Shown piece after piece: positions 25,060 through 36,808 of a stretch of DNA of 64,000 nucleotides. The stretch lies in assembly GCA_964188305.1 (NCBI GenBank), contig OZ076886.1. The stretch is one strand, 5' to 3'. This DNA is from Podarcis bocagei (lineage: Eukaryota). The notes below the pieces were generated by a model, which was not told the DNA's origin, did no database searches, and saw only the letters and a program-made list of their open reading frames with translations. Position 1 is the first letter of the stretch, and the number at the start of each line of letters is the position of its first letter. A program made the position numbers and the translations under genes.

Positions 25060-25590
25060 TGCAGGTGGCCAACCTGCAGTCCAAGGGTTGCATGTGGCCC
25101 CCAATCACCTTTTCTGAGGCCTGCAGGGCCTCCTGAAGCCCCATTCTTATATCCTGGCAGAGTACCTTCTTTCATGCCCATTTGCTCCTGATTTATTCTG
25201 ACTTTTAAAAGTGTTTTTCTATCTTTCTATGTGGTTTTAGAACAAGTGGAAGAGGCAGTAAATAAGTTGTTTTCAAAAACAACAACACTTTTTTATTGGC
25301 TGCATGGCTGGATGGGGGGCGGGGTCATCATCCCCAGCAGTCCTCCTCTCACCACAGCACAAAGGAATGTGATATTTTCCCACCCTTCCTCCTTGCCATA
25401 TCCTTACTCCAGATGCTTCAAGTACTTGAGTTGCGTAAAGTGTAGTAATTTGTAATGTGGCAATTGTGGTAAAGTGATTTTTTTTCTCCAGTGTGTGTAT
25501 GGCGATACAGCTCCTTGCCAAGGGGCGAAAGGGACCCTGGTTATGACTGTGTGATGGCCATTGGCAGAAACAAATGTTTACCCATCTCTG
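25060..25590 (+). mobile_element. Old hAT-Charlie-like element
   Basis: ggtggccaacctgcagtcc...gcatgtggccc ... tttacccatctctg; TSD CTGTAGTG / CTGCAGAG (6/8). Confidence 0.6.
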
Positions 25591-27391
25591 CTGCAGAGGC
25601 AGTACTGCCTAGCTCCAGTTCAGGTGTGTGTTGTATGTGACTAATGCATCAGGCTGTCGCCATATCAACATGGGAAAGGAGAAAGCAGAAAGTCATTCAG
25701 CGGAGGACACAGAAGATGCTGAATTGATGGTTGGAAAACTGCTAGCAAGTGAAGTAATTTTACCTTGGTGAAAGATAACTCTTGTTAAATAACCTCTCTG
25801 AATTATGTTTCTTGTAAACATGCCCTATGTGCCTGAGGAGGGAGTTTCCCTTTCACATTTCATCACTTTGCTATCTAGCAGCCTTGCCAGGTTCTGTACC
25901 AGATCAAGATTACAGAAGGGCAAGGTGAGCTTTGAGGTGTTTTTGGCCTCTTAGGTGCTATAAATATCCAAGTTGCTTTGAACACTGTTGCTACGTTGGA
26001 CTCGGAGATAAGAGAGTGTAGGTGAGGTGATACTTTCAGTTGGCCCATTCTCTTTCGATAACTGTGTGTGTATACAAGCTGCTGCCCTCCCAAATGTTCT
26101 TCTCCAAGTGGAAATCTAAAACATCCTCAAACTATCAACACAAGTCCTGAGAATGACACGCCCTAGTTGCTGGGTTGCTTCCATGAGCTAGCTATATTTT
26201 TGCGCTGAAACACCCAGGCCTGTTGAAGAACAGGCCCTTGAGACCTGCAACATTCTAAAGAGCTAGATGGCCCATTAAGAGATGATGCCTCATTTACTGG
26301 ATACCTGTAAGGTATTTGCTTTGGAAAAGAAACCCTCTGTTCTAGGCTCGCCTGGCTTTCAGAAATCATTTGACTGGAAGGAAAGGAGAACCAAACAAAT
26401 TAGCACACAGCAGGCTGCCTATCAGGATATGTAGAGTGCACTATCTCATTCAGCAGCAGCATGTTTCCTGCTGCTAGGTTACTGTGTGTGCATGTAAATG
26501 GCCAAGGGAACCAGATGGATTGTTAATGGGAACCATGGCAGGAAATATATATATTTAGTATTCCAGAAATCTTAACCGGTGCAAAGACCAGATCTTCTGT
26601 AGAGTTAACAATCACAAGACCAGAGTTTCTTTGTTGTTCATTTTAGAGGCTAGATCCTAATTCTGTCAGATTTTTGTGCAGGTGTGTTATCAGAAATATT
26701 AAATGGGTGTAGAGGGAAGAGAGATTATTTCCCTGGATTATGCCTTCTTGGGCACAGAAAGGTGATTTATAGCACAGACACTACACATATTTACTCAAAA
26801 ATAGATTTCAAAAAATACAGTGGGACTTGGTTCTCAGTGTGCATAGAATTTCTCCCTCCATCTCTTCAGTTTGATTTAACTTGATCAACAGTTTTCCTCT
26901 TGTTAAATGGATTGTATCCTTTAGAAAATTTGTTTTCATTTACACCTCCCACAGCAGTGGTTCTCAAACTTTTGTCTCCAGGCCACACTTTCAGAATAGA
27001 ATTTGCTTGCGCACTGAATTTTTTTATTGATGAAATGCATTGAAAAACAAAAACAACTTTGAGCAGTGCTTGATTTATAAGACAGAACTACTTTATACTA
27101 TGATCATGGAACATCCAGAAAGTATAAAACAATACAGCTACATAAGAACATGTATCATTCCCAAAATATAACATTGATTGTCCTTGAATCTTCCTGCTAC
27201 ACTTGCCATCAACTCCTCCCACACCAGTGTGGCACACCACACCCTTTCAGAACCTCTTTTCTGCACTGTATCACTCATTCCTCTCAACCCACAATCTTCT
27301 CCTGCATAAGTGGCCATCTCCACATAGTGGAAAATTAAGTAAAAACACCAGAACATTTTCATTCTCTTAAAATAATTTCTTTTCTCTAGAT

Positions 27392-27517
27392 CAGGCATGG
27401 CCCTCCAGCTGTTTTTGGCCTACAACTCCCATCATCCCTAGCTAGCAGGACCAGTGGTCAGGGATGATGAGAATTATAGTCCCAAAACAGCTGGAGGGCC
27501 AAGTTTGACTGTGCCAG
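27392..27517. mobile_element. Palindromic hAT-Charlie-like MITE
   Basis: Perfect TSD CTCTAGAT at 27384-27391 and 27518-27525 (Charlie-type NTCTAGAN target); arms ggccctccagctgtttt / aaaacagctggagggcc. Confidence 0.9.
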
Positions 27518-28212
27518 CTCTAGATAATAATCTGGTCACCTTTCTTACTTTGATTTGTCATCTCTGGGAATCAGGGTGATCCAAATCATTGCACTAGACA
27601 CACGCATCTAGTTATGCACACTTGTATATGCCCAATTGTATATTCTTGTAAAATATTAGGATGGTGTACAGCAATTAAAAGTCATTAAAAGCCATATGAA
27701 ACAATCATATTGAGTGGCTTATTCAAAAAAATCTTTAAACAACTGCATAGGCCTGTCAACATTTTTTTAAAGTCTTCAAAAGATGCCCAAATCTTTGCTG
27801 GAAGAATGCCCCACAGATAGGACCAGAAAACTAAATATTTGACTTCTGGCTGAGGCCAGTAGGATTTAACATGGGGAAAGTTAACAGTGCTTTTCTGGAT
27901 GATATCGGCGATCATACTGAGAGTGTGAGACTGCTCTTTACAAATGGACAAGTCTGAAAACTTCTGACTGCAGATAAAAACATATTTATCTCCCACTGTT
28001 AGCAATTCTGCTTAGGGAAGAGGCAACTGTTCCTTCTGGAGGTAGTGGGAAGGCATGTGAGGCTGAGTTGCTGGCCAGGAACAATGAGCCTCACCTCTTA
28101 TTGTGCGAACCCTGAGATGCTGCCTGCCTATGTGCTTGTGCCAGACTATCGATAAACTCTCTCCCATCTTGGGAGAGGTTACCCATCAAAAGCGTCTCTT
28201 CTTAATGGCATT

Positions 28213-28263
28213 TTAAAAATAGCTCAGCACCAGCACGAGGGAGGGGTTGGCTCCCATATAAGG
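28213..28263. promoter_or_regulatory. MEF2 plus CArG module (candidate muscle enhancer)
   Basis: TTAAAAATAG (28213-28222, YTAW4TAR) and CCATATAAGG (28254-28263, CCW6GG) in sequence I do not recognise as a repeat. Confidence 0.5.
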
Positions 28264-28959
28264 TAAGGTGGGGAAACTGAGCTAGTGGAGTAATGGAAAC
28301 ATTTACGTTCCAGCCAAGCATGTGACTGATCACTCAAGTGTGGTGCTGTCTTATTGTACTGCCTGTAGGTTGGACAGGAGCCCCTCAAAAGCCCGGCTGT
28401 GATATGCTGTGGATGACCAGGAATCTCATTTCATCACATCACCAGCAAACCTGTTGTGTGTCCAACTACACCAGCTGTCTGTGGTTGTGGGCGAGGAGAG
28501 GATGTACATGGAATTCCCTTCATCTCACTGGTGCCCTTGTGTGCAGATTGGAGGCAAACCTCCCCTCTATTCTGTTAAGTGAACTGCAACATAGTTATCA
28601 GATCTAGACTGTGACCTGGTAGGAATTTATGGTGTTTTGGTCTCAAATGCAGTGCAGTTATGAAGCACTGAGATCTCCACGAAGGGGGCCATTGGCTCAC
28701 ATATCCATAAGTAATAAATCTGGATGTTATTAGGGGGACCTGGCAGAAAATCTGTTTCGGTAGCTTTTTAAGAAGGTGTGCTATATATTCATAGCTTGAT
28801 TGAATATAGACCTCAGGATCTTGCATCTGTATACAATTCTGACATTTCCTGATTAATCATCTTGTCAATCACTGATAAATATCCTATGGCAGAGGCCTGG
28901 AACCTGTGGCTCACCAGATGGTCTTCGCCTCAGTCAGCATGGCCAATAGGATGATATGG

Positions 28960-29115
28960 ACCACTGGACAATCTAGTTTGGTATTGTGTGCACTCACTGG
29001 CAGCAGCTCTCCAGAGTCTCAGATTGGGGCACCCTTTCCAGCCACTCCTGATGCTATGGGTTAAACCTTGAACTTTTTGCATGCAAAACAGATGCTCTAC
29101 AACTGAGCCATAGTG
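28960..29115 (-). mobile_element. tRNA(Ala-like)-headed SINE
   Basis: cactggcagcagctctccag...ttttgcatgcaaaacagatgctctacaactgagccatag. Confidence 0.7.
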
Positions 29116-31315
29116 CTTCCCTCAATGGTCAGGAAAGGTGGGAGCTGTCACACTGGACACTGTGTGGAAGGCAACAGGTTTCCCACCCCTGCCCTAAAGC
29201 ATCTGCTAAAACACCTTGCTAGCATTATGTATATATGTATGCTCAGGGGGTGCCATTTAACTTGTCATCACTTTAAAGATGAAGAACAGTTTGAAACAAA
29301 ATGCCTACTCTTTTCAGTTGAAGCCTTAATAAAAAATACAATGAAACATCGTATCTGTTTTGTGCCTCTAACTCCCTGGAATCAATAGCAAGAAAAACCG
29401 CTCAATCTGTGTTGCAATTCTGCCCACCTTCCTCCAAATATATATTTGTGTCTCTTCTCAAATTAAGGAAAACATAAAGTATATGTTGGGATACAATTAA
29501 TTGCTTCAGACCTTATTTTGCCAACTTTTGATAATTTCTCATGAGCTTGGAAAATTCACTTTCAAAACTGCTGCCGATAGATCTCAAAGTGCATCTTTGA
29601 AAAAGTGCCAGTGACTTGCCTGTACTTTTTCATTAAATGAATGGAAACTGGATATCTTGGTCAGATGGAAAAATCACACGCTTTGTATGCTCTCCAGGTT
29701 AGAGCTTTTCCTTCTTGGCAAAACAAAACCCCTTTTCTATTGCAGTCAGCAGTTCCATTCCATCTAGGTCTGATTAAGTTCAATAACTGCAACATAATTA
29801 TTTGGTGGATCAGGTTGATGATTTTCTTCTCAATGGACCCAGAATGTTCCTGCTCTTCAGAGGCACAGAACTGAAAGCCGTAAATAGTAGAAATGCTATT
29901 TGAGCTCTGGCAGGGTATGGAGAACACTAATAATACATTCCACAGTACAGGTTGTGACCCAATCTATTTCAAACCATAGGGTGCCACTCCCTGTGTCTGA
30001 AATACGAGGTGAAGAGGTCATCACTGAAAAACATGCTGTGAATCTCTGTGCTATAAAACACCTTCTGTACTGAGCAGCAGTGACATATGTGAGTGTGTGA
30101 ATTGCCTTGTGAGCTGATGTCGATTGCTGCCAAAACTTCCCTGTTGACCTGCAATGCAGCAGGTGCAGGTGTCAGAATGAATGACTGTTGACACATTCTA
30201 GCACCATCTTCCTGTGACAGGATCACGACACTGCTCTGTTTCCTGTGGTGCATCAGATGTATAAACTATGAGGGTTAATGTGTGCACACATGCAAAAAGT
30301 CTTGCAATAGTGTGACAGCAAGGATATTCACATGCAATCATGTTGAGTATTGTTGGATGATAATCACCTTTGCGTGTGTGTTTCTTAGAATGTCATTTTT
30401 TGTATAACTCACCACATGCTTTAGTCATCTTACCCACTGACCCTCTGTGCACATACTGAGTTTCACAAATCATGGAGATAATTAACTATATGTATAGCAC
30501 CTTATGGTCCAGTCTCCCATGTGCTTTATAATCTTATGTACAGATGGTAACATTTCAAGAGTATTTCAGTCACAGTCCTCATCTTGCAGGAGTAGTAGGT
30601 GAGATGAACTAGATGACAGGAGACTCACTAACTAAGGGAAGCCTTGCTGTGATAGAAAATCATCTTCACTTAATTATTTTTTAAAAAAAGAATAATGGGT
30701 GCATAAGTAAAATGAAGGTGCTTTATGTCTGGGCAGTACTGAGTGGGAACAGCAGGGAAGGTAACCTTGTTTGTGCATGGCTGCTGAGGAACACTCATCC
30801 TGGAAGCCACTTTCTGAACATGAAAAGATAAATGCTCTCAATCAGTATCCAACAATTGCCTGGGCAAGATTGTGGCAATATCAGGGGATATGTCTCTCGT
30901 CATCCATGATGGCACAGGCATTGTTCAATATATGCTTGTGACAACTGCTCAAGCGACCACACACACAGCAGCCTCAATAGCAGCAGAGGCACTGCTCGAG
31001 GGAGGCTTGCATTTAACCAGCAACCTCCGCCTGTGCTCTGTGAGTGCTGGTTGCCAGCAACAGTAGCAGGGCCTAGAATCCATGGAAGGCAGCTGCAGCC
31101 CCTGCAGTCAAATGGTTATGCGATCATGCTTGTTTTATTTTATTTTCAAAATGAGAGAGATCTATGCACTGCCTATAACTTCTGCAATAAAGCTAACTCC
31201 AAAGGAAGGAGTCTGTGATATATTAGCAAATGGAAGCCATTCCATTCACTGACTCTACTGAAGACGCATCTTATGGCAGAGCAAGGAATCTTTTCCCAAG
31301 ACTGGTGTTCCTGTG

Positions 31316-31560
31316 CACCAGTCTTGGGAAAAGACTGGTGCACAGAAAGAGGAGTGCGCGGGGGGGGGAGCGCACCGCCCCTGGCAGTGCAATCCCGGTG
31401 GGGTACCATCGTGGCTGCCCCCTGCCCGCAGTGGGTACCACACCCCTACAGGTGGTGTGCCCCACCCCCAGGACACGCACCACACACACCAGGATGGGTG
31501 CCAGCCCTGCCCCCGCCTGCTCTCCGCCCCCCGGTGCCGGAGCATGAAGTACTGCCACTG
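31316..31560 (-). mobile_element. GC-rich hAT MITE (same family as 3541-3833) with one rearranged terminus
   Basis: Shares ccccgcctgc.ctc.gccccccggtgcc.gagcatg with the 3541 copy; intact end ...actgccactg; perfect TSD TTCCTGTG at 31308-31315 and 31561-31568. Confidence 0.88.
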
Positions 31561-32882
31561 TTCCTGTGTAGGGACAGATCCCCAAAAGCCAGGACTGCAG
31601 AGTGGAGTGCTTATGCCAGAGCTGAAGAAATTCACAGTGGAAAGTCTCCAGATACCAGAGTGGAGCAATATGTGGGAAATGGAAGGGGGAGCATGCAACC
31701 GGGTGAGATAACTGGTTCATGGTCTAATTCCAGGTGGGAGCAGTCAGGGGTGATGTCCTTGCCAGGACAATGAGAATGCGATGCTTGCGCTTATGTTGGA
31801 AGGGGCTGTTCGGTGTATCCACTTCCTGGGAGGCTATGTCTAGGTTCAGCAGGGACTTAGTGGAGGAGGCTCTTCCCCCCAATCAGTGGCCCAGGAGGGA
31901 GAAAAATCACTGGTATGAGGTAATTGTTGAGGGGTGAGAGAGAGAAGTCCACTTTCCATACTGTTTAATGATCCCTCCCTGCCATCCTTCAATGCATCCC
32001 TCATGGAACAGAGTTTGTATTGCTGTGGGGTTGTCCCTTTGGCCCGTTCTCCTCCTCCTCCTCCTTCTCTCAGGGTGTTTCCAGGCAACCTGTTTATCGA
32101 GTATTCCGCCTGAAACACTTGAAGGGATGTTAGGTGACATGTCAAAGCGAGTATTTTCCCACCCTTTCCACTGCTTTTCCCCCACACTTGCTGTAATGCA
32201 AAAAAATGCTGTCTTTTGAGGAAGGAGGTATGTGGCACAAGACCTCCCAATCAGCTTCAAATGCACAAGTATAATTTGCTAGGATGGGATTGAATCCCAT
32301 CCAAGAACAGCAACAGTCAGAGAGTGCCCTAAATGGTTTTTCAGCGGAACTTGTAGCATCCACCAATATTAACTTCTATTTAAACACACAGGCAAGCATT
32401 TTGACTGTGTGCCACAAGATGTATTTATGATTTGCTTTCACCAGAGAGGCATGGGGTTGAACCTCTGATCACTTGCGGGAGGGAAGCTGTTGTGCCTTGC
32501 ATGGGAACTGGAGTTGCATCTACTAACATTTTCCAAGGGGAGCAGTTTAGTCTGATATGCAGTTCAGCCACAGTTGGGACATATCTTGCTTATTTCTTGG
32601 CAGTGTCAGTTTGCATGGCTTCCAGTTCATGTGTCTCTTATTTGTACTTCCCTGTGGTTTCATAGCTCTGTTGTGGAGCTGTATATGCCAACATGAATGT
32701 ATGGACAGGAGGCAGAGAATGAGACCACATTTTGCAGAGTTCTTCAGTTGGTGCGCACAGGGCCCACAACTACAGGAGCTGCTGGTGTTACATGTATATT
32801 CTCTGGTCCCAGGTGGAGTGAAAAATAGGAGGCAAGGCCAGCAGGAATGAGCCCTCTTCGCCTATCAGTTCCCCTTGTGTTT

Positions 32883-33025
32883 TCATATAATTGTAGAGTT
32901 GGAAGAGACCATAAGCATCATCTAGTCCAATCCCCCACAGTGCAGGAATCTTTTGCCCAAAGTGGGACTCGAACCCACAACCTTGAGATTAAGAGTCTCA
33001 TGCTCTACCAACTGAGCTATCCCAG
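32883..33025 (-). mobile_element. tRNA-Lys(CTT)-derived SINE with a CR1-type 3' tail
   Basis: Minus strand reads gatagctcagttggtagagcatgagactCTTaatctcaaggttgtgggttcgagtcccactttgggc, then ttggactagatga...cttccaactctacaattatatga. Confidence 0.9.
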
Positions 33026-33977
33026 AACACAAACTCTGCCACCAAGTAATCCATGAAGGACAACACAGAATGTGTTGCAAACATGCTCCTGGGTTTGCAG
33101 GGGCTGGATATTCTGGGTCAGTTTCAGTGCCCTTTAGGCATGCATGTGAAGGGATATGGTTTGTTTTGGGTCTTTCCAAATGCAACTTTAAATTTAAAAA
33201 ATAATCATGGAGAGTGGCAAAATTATGCATCAACACATGCCAGTCGTAGTTGCTTTTAAATTAGTATCTTTTGAATTGTCTGCCATTTCCTATCAGTCAG
33301 GTTATTGATCTGCATCTAGTTAATTTTAAGGACTGAGTGGTTGGCCGAAGTGTAAACAAGAGCAAAAGAACAAGAGCAAGTATCATTTGATCGAGGAATA
33401 GAAGGCAAGGAAGAAGGTGGCAAGGGAGGTAATAAGGCACAACAAGCTCCACTAATAGGTTCTAGCTGGGATGTTGATTCATGACATATCGGTGCAGACG
33501 GCTTTTTCAACTGTAGCAAATTGAAACAAAAGGTGTTGGCCCTTTTCTGGCTGGTATATTGTTTAGCATGGTGAGGCTGTGACTACACCAACTCCCTGAT
33601 GTTTTCATATAGGCAGCTGCATATCAGATGTGCAGTTCAAATCAGCACTGATCCACAGTGAAGCCCTAGTGCTCAGAAGGCCTGGGTTAACTCTGTGCTC
33701 TTCAGAGCAGTGAATATCTCAACAGGCACATTGCTTCTGCCTATGTCATAGTAAACAATATATCATCATCATAATGCTGGGGTTGGGGACAGAGATCCCA
33801 TCTTCCCACTATGTTGAATTTGCCAGCCTGCAGAAATCTGCAATGCACCCATTTTTGTGAGTTGGTTCATCAAGCCTGCAAGTGTCTCCCTCACCATGCA
33901 TCTGGTTGAAGGCTCAAAAATCAATTCAGCAGGAAGCACTTGATAAAACCCACCCCTCAAACCAATGTGGTCTAGTG

Positions 33978-34406
33978 TAGGGAGGGAGGAACAAATTTGT
34001 TTGATTCACATTTTAATGAGAACCTCCCTAATTCACACTTTCTAAACTGGAGGCAAATCAAAACTCAGCTTTCCTTCCTTCCTTCCTTCCTTCCTTCCTT
34101 CCTTCCTTCCTTCCTTCCTTCCTTCCAAAATTAACACTTCTCTGAATTTTGCATTGCACTTCTCTGACCTAAAACTGTGTATCTTAGGCGAAAGGGCACA
34201 CAAAAATGCATATATCCATCAAGTCAAAATGCTTTATATATGGGGAAATTGCTTACTTTACTTGGAGAAATGGGCAGAAAAATTTGCATGAATTTTGATG
34301 CAGACTTTTATAGGAGAAGAGAAATCCTGAAACTGGACTGGAAACTGGATTAGAATTGGAGAGAGACTTGGCAAAAAACTGAAATTGATATATCTGTCCA
34401 TCCTTG
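33978..34406 (+). mobile_element. ~400-bp hAT-like MITE containing (TTCC)14
   Basis: Homologous to the 24453 and 36140 copies; (TTCC)n at 34071-34126. Confidence 0.75.
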
Positions 34407-34512
34407 AAACTTCATGGGAGTTCTTTGACCAGTCATTATAGCCAACTTTGCTCATTGCTTATAAGCCACATTTTAAAAATGTGAATAGCCCCTGCACAGG
34501 TTTTCTCTGTAT

Positions 34513-34646
34513 CATGGGTGCCAGACCTGTGACCCTCCAGATGTTGCTGGACTACAGCTTCCATCCATAAGAATTGGCCATGCTGGCTAAGGGTAATGAG
34601 AATTGGAGTCCAACAACATCTGGATGACCACAGGTCGCCTCACCTG
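34513..34646. mobile_element. Palindromic hAT-Charlie-like MITE
   Basis: cctgtgaccctccagatgttgctggactac...gagtccaacaacatctggatgaccacagg; TSD CTCTGTAT / CTCTAAAT (6/8). Confidence 0.8.
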
Positions 34647-35911
34647 CTCTAAATTCTTTGGGCCTATCAGTAAGCTGACCATTTATGGTGCGATCCAATG
34701 CATGCTTACTTGGATATATATCCAACTGGGTTCAATGGGGCTTACTCCCTAATAAGCCTGTTTTAAGATTACACCTTAAATCCCACTTGGTATAATCGGA
34801 TTACCTATTCAATGATTTGCTCACCTAGGAATGAATATGGATTGGATATACTGGGACAATGCTTTCCCTTTGTAAGAGCCTAGATTAAATCTACAGGCTT
34901 CTCCTGCTAGAAAGGATAACTTGTCTCGAAAATGCCAATTTGGCCAGGCTTGCTCTGGTGTTAATTGTCACTAATGAGCAGGCTATGGAAGGCTTGGCTC
35001 TCAGAGGCCACTGGAGATGGAATGTCACATCATCTGGAGAAGAATGCCCTTCAGTAGTGTTGGTTTGGCAGGAGAGCAGCCGTGACCTCAAAGCGGACTA
35101 CTTTAACTGCATGAATGGATTTGTTATCAGAGAATGCCTCTATTCTTATACCTAGCATACTCTGAGCTCGTGCTTAATGCTGATTGTACTGCAGAGAGCA
35201 CAGAGTGTTAAGAGGATCTCCTGTACTTACTGTACACAGATGGATTTATTTATGTCTATATTGTGGAGGCTGAGGGGAGGGCGAGAGAAGAGACTCATTC
35301 TGCAAAAGGGGATAACCCCCTCTGGAGGTCATGTTGCCCCTCATAGCTGGCTCATGCCGTAAGACACTTTGAATCCTGCATGACCGTGAAGCCCAATGCC
35401 ATGGTACTTGGCATTGCATCCAGGGGCCTGATAGTTAGCATTGCTCCTTAGTGGTGATGAAAGCTATGGTGAGCACTAAACGCCCATCTGTTACTGCAGT
35501 GCCTCCCATACTGACAGCCTTTCATCTTTCAAAGTCTGGCTCTTGGGAGTTTGCAGAAATGGAGGGGAAAAGGAATGCAAGGGAGAGAAGGAAAGCAAAT
35601 TACGCCTTTGCTTAAACCCCACTCAAAATCTTATTTTAAACCTTTTCTTTTTTCCAAACTCATTTCTAGTGACTTTTTAAAATTTTTATCCAGTCCTTTT
35701 GACTATTGTTAACTTTTCTCAAAAAAAGCAATTTAAAAAACACATGCTTACTTAAAACTGGTAAGAGATCATTGTTCATGACAAGCTTTGCCACATGATT
35801 GACTAGTTCATGACGCAACACTGACACTGGGCTCTGGTTTACTGCCCCCCCCCAATTGAACATATCTAGTAGGGGTTTTGATACAAGCAGTTGTGCTGAG
35901 TGCTCTTATGC

Positions 35912-35943
<32 letters not shown>
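35912..35943. repeat. (AC)n microsatellite
   Basis: Read directly. Confidence 0.95.
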
Positions 35944-35944
<1 letters not shown>

Positions 35945-36139
35945 TTAGCATGCCATGTTGATCTAGGATTATTTTACATATAACAATATTCTTGCATGGA
36001 AGTGACTTTTATGTAGGAATTTAACGCAGTCCTTAATGTAGGGAGTCATGTAGGGCTATAATACACATGCATGATTCCCTGTGCATACTAATACAAGGAA
36101 CTCATAATATGGTCCTGACTTTCTATAATGTAAGTGCAC

Positions 36140-36534
36140 AAGGGATGAGGGAGAAATCCTAGTCAATTCCCATTTAAAGGCGAACCTAACTAATTCAAAC
36201 TTTATGAAACAATACGCACACCAAAACCACAGACGTCAGTTGAAATTTGCATGTTTCCTAATTTTGCAATGCATTTCTCCAGCCAAGTAATGCCTACATA
36301 TATGCATATTTTAGTGTTGTATGTGCATAAAAATTGATATTATAATAAAATTAACATACAGAAATGCATCATATTAGCAAAAATAAGCTTTGCAAAAATG
36401 TGTATATTAGGCAACATTATATGTGTATAGTAGGAGAAATTTGCAAACTGATGTAAAAATGTGGAGAACTGAACTTAAGATTGGAAAAATTAGAAACTGA
36501 GAGAAACCTAAATTTACATGTTTGCTCATCCCTA
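36140..36534 (+). mobile_element. ~400-bp hAT-like MITE
   Basis: agggatgagggagaaat ... tttgctcatcccta; body homologous to the other three copies. Confidence 0.8.
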
Positions 36535-36644
36535 ATGCACATGCGGCAAGCTACAAAAATGTAGGATTATCTTGTGTGGAACACACAAGCAGGTCTCAGG
36601 TGATTCTATTGATGTGGAATGGGCATCACTTGCCTCTTACGTTT

Positions 36645-36808
36645 CTAAGAAGCTGCCTTTTATGTCATTCTGCTCCAGTATTGTCTGCTGTGATTGGCCG
36701 TAGCTTTCCATCTCCTGCTACTTGATTCTTTTAACGTGAGATGCCAGAGATTAAACCTGAGAGCTTCAGCATACAAAATGCGTGCCATAGCACTAAGCTA
36801 TGGTTCTC
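36645..36808 (-). mobile_element. Degenerate tRNA(Ala-like)-headed SINE
   Basis: agaagctgccttt...gagatgccagagattaaacctgagagcttcagcatacaaa...cactaagctatgg. Confidence 0.6.

Noticed and set aside
28222-28240. REST/NRSE site (ctcagcacc)
   Set aside because: Only the left half-site is present; the GGACAG half is missing.
31230-31773. Overlapping 105-166 aa ORFs and an apparent small CpG island
   Set aside because: Same GC-rich MITE family bounded by a TSD; neither a gene nor a promoter.
32955-33025. Functional tRNA-Lys(CTT) gene
   Set aside because: The acceptor stem 5' strand is lost and a CR1-type tail follows; a second copy has the same tail, so this is a SINE.
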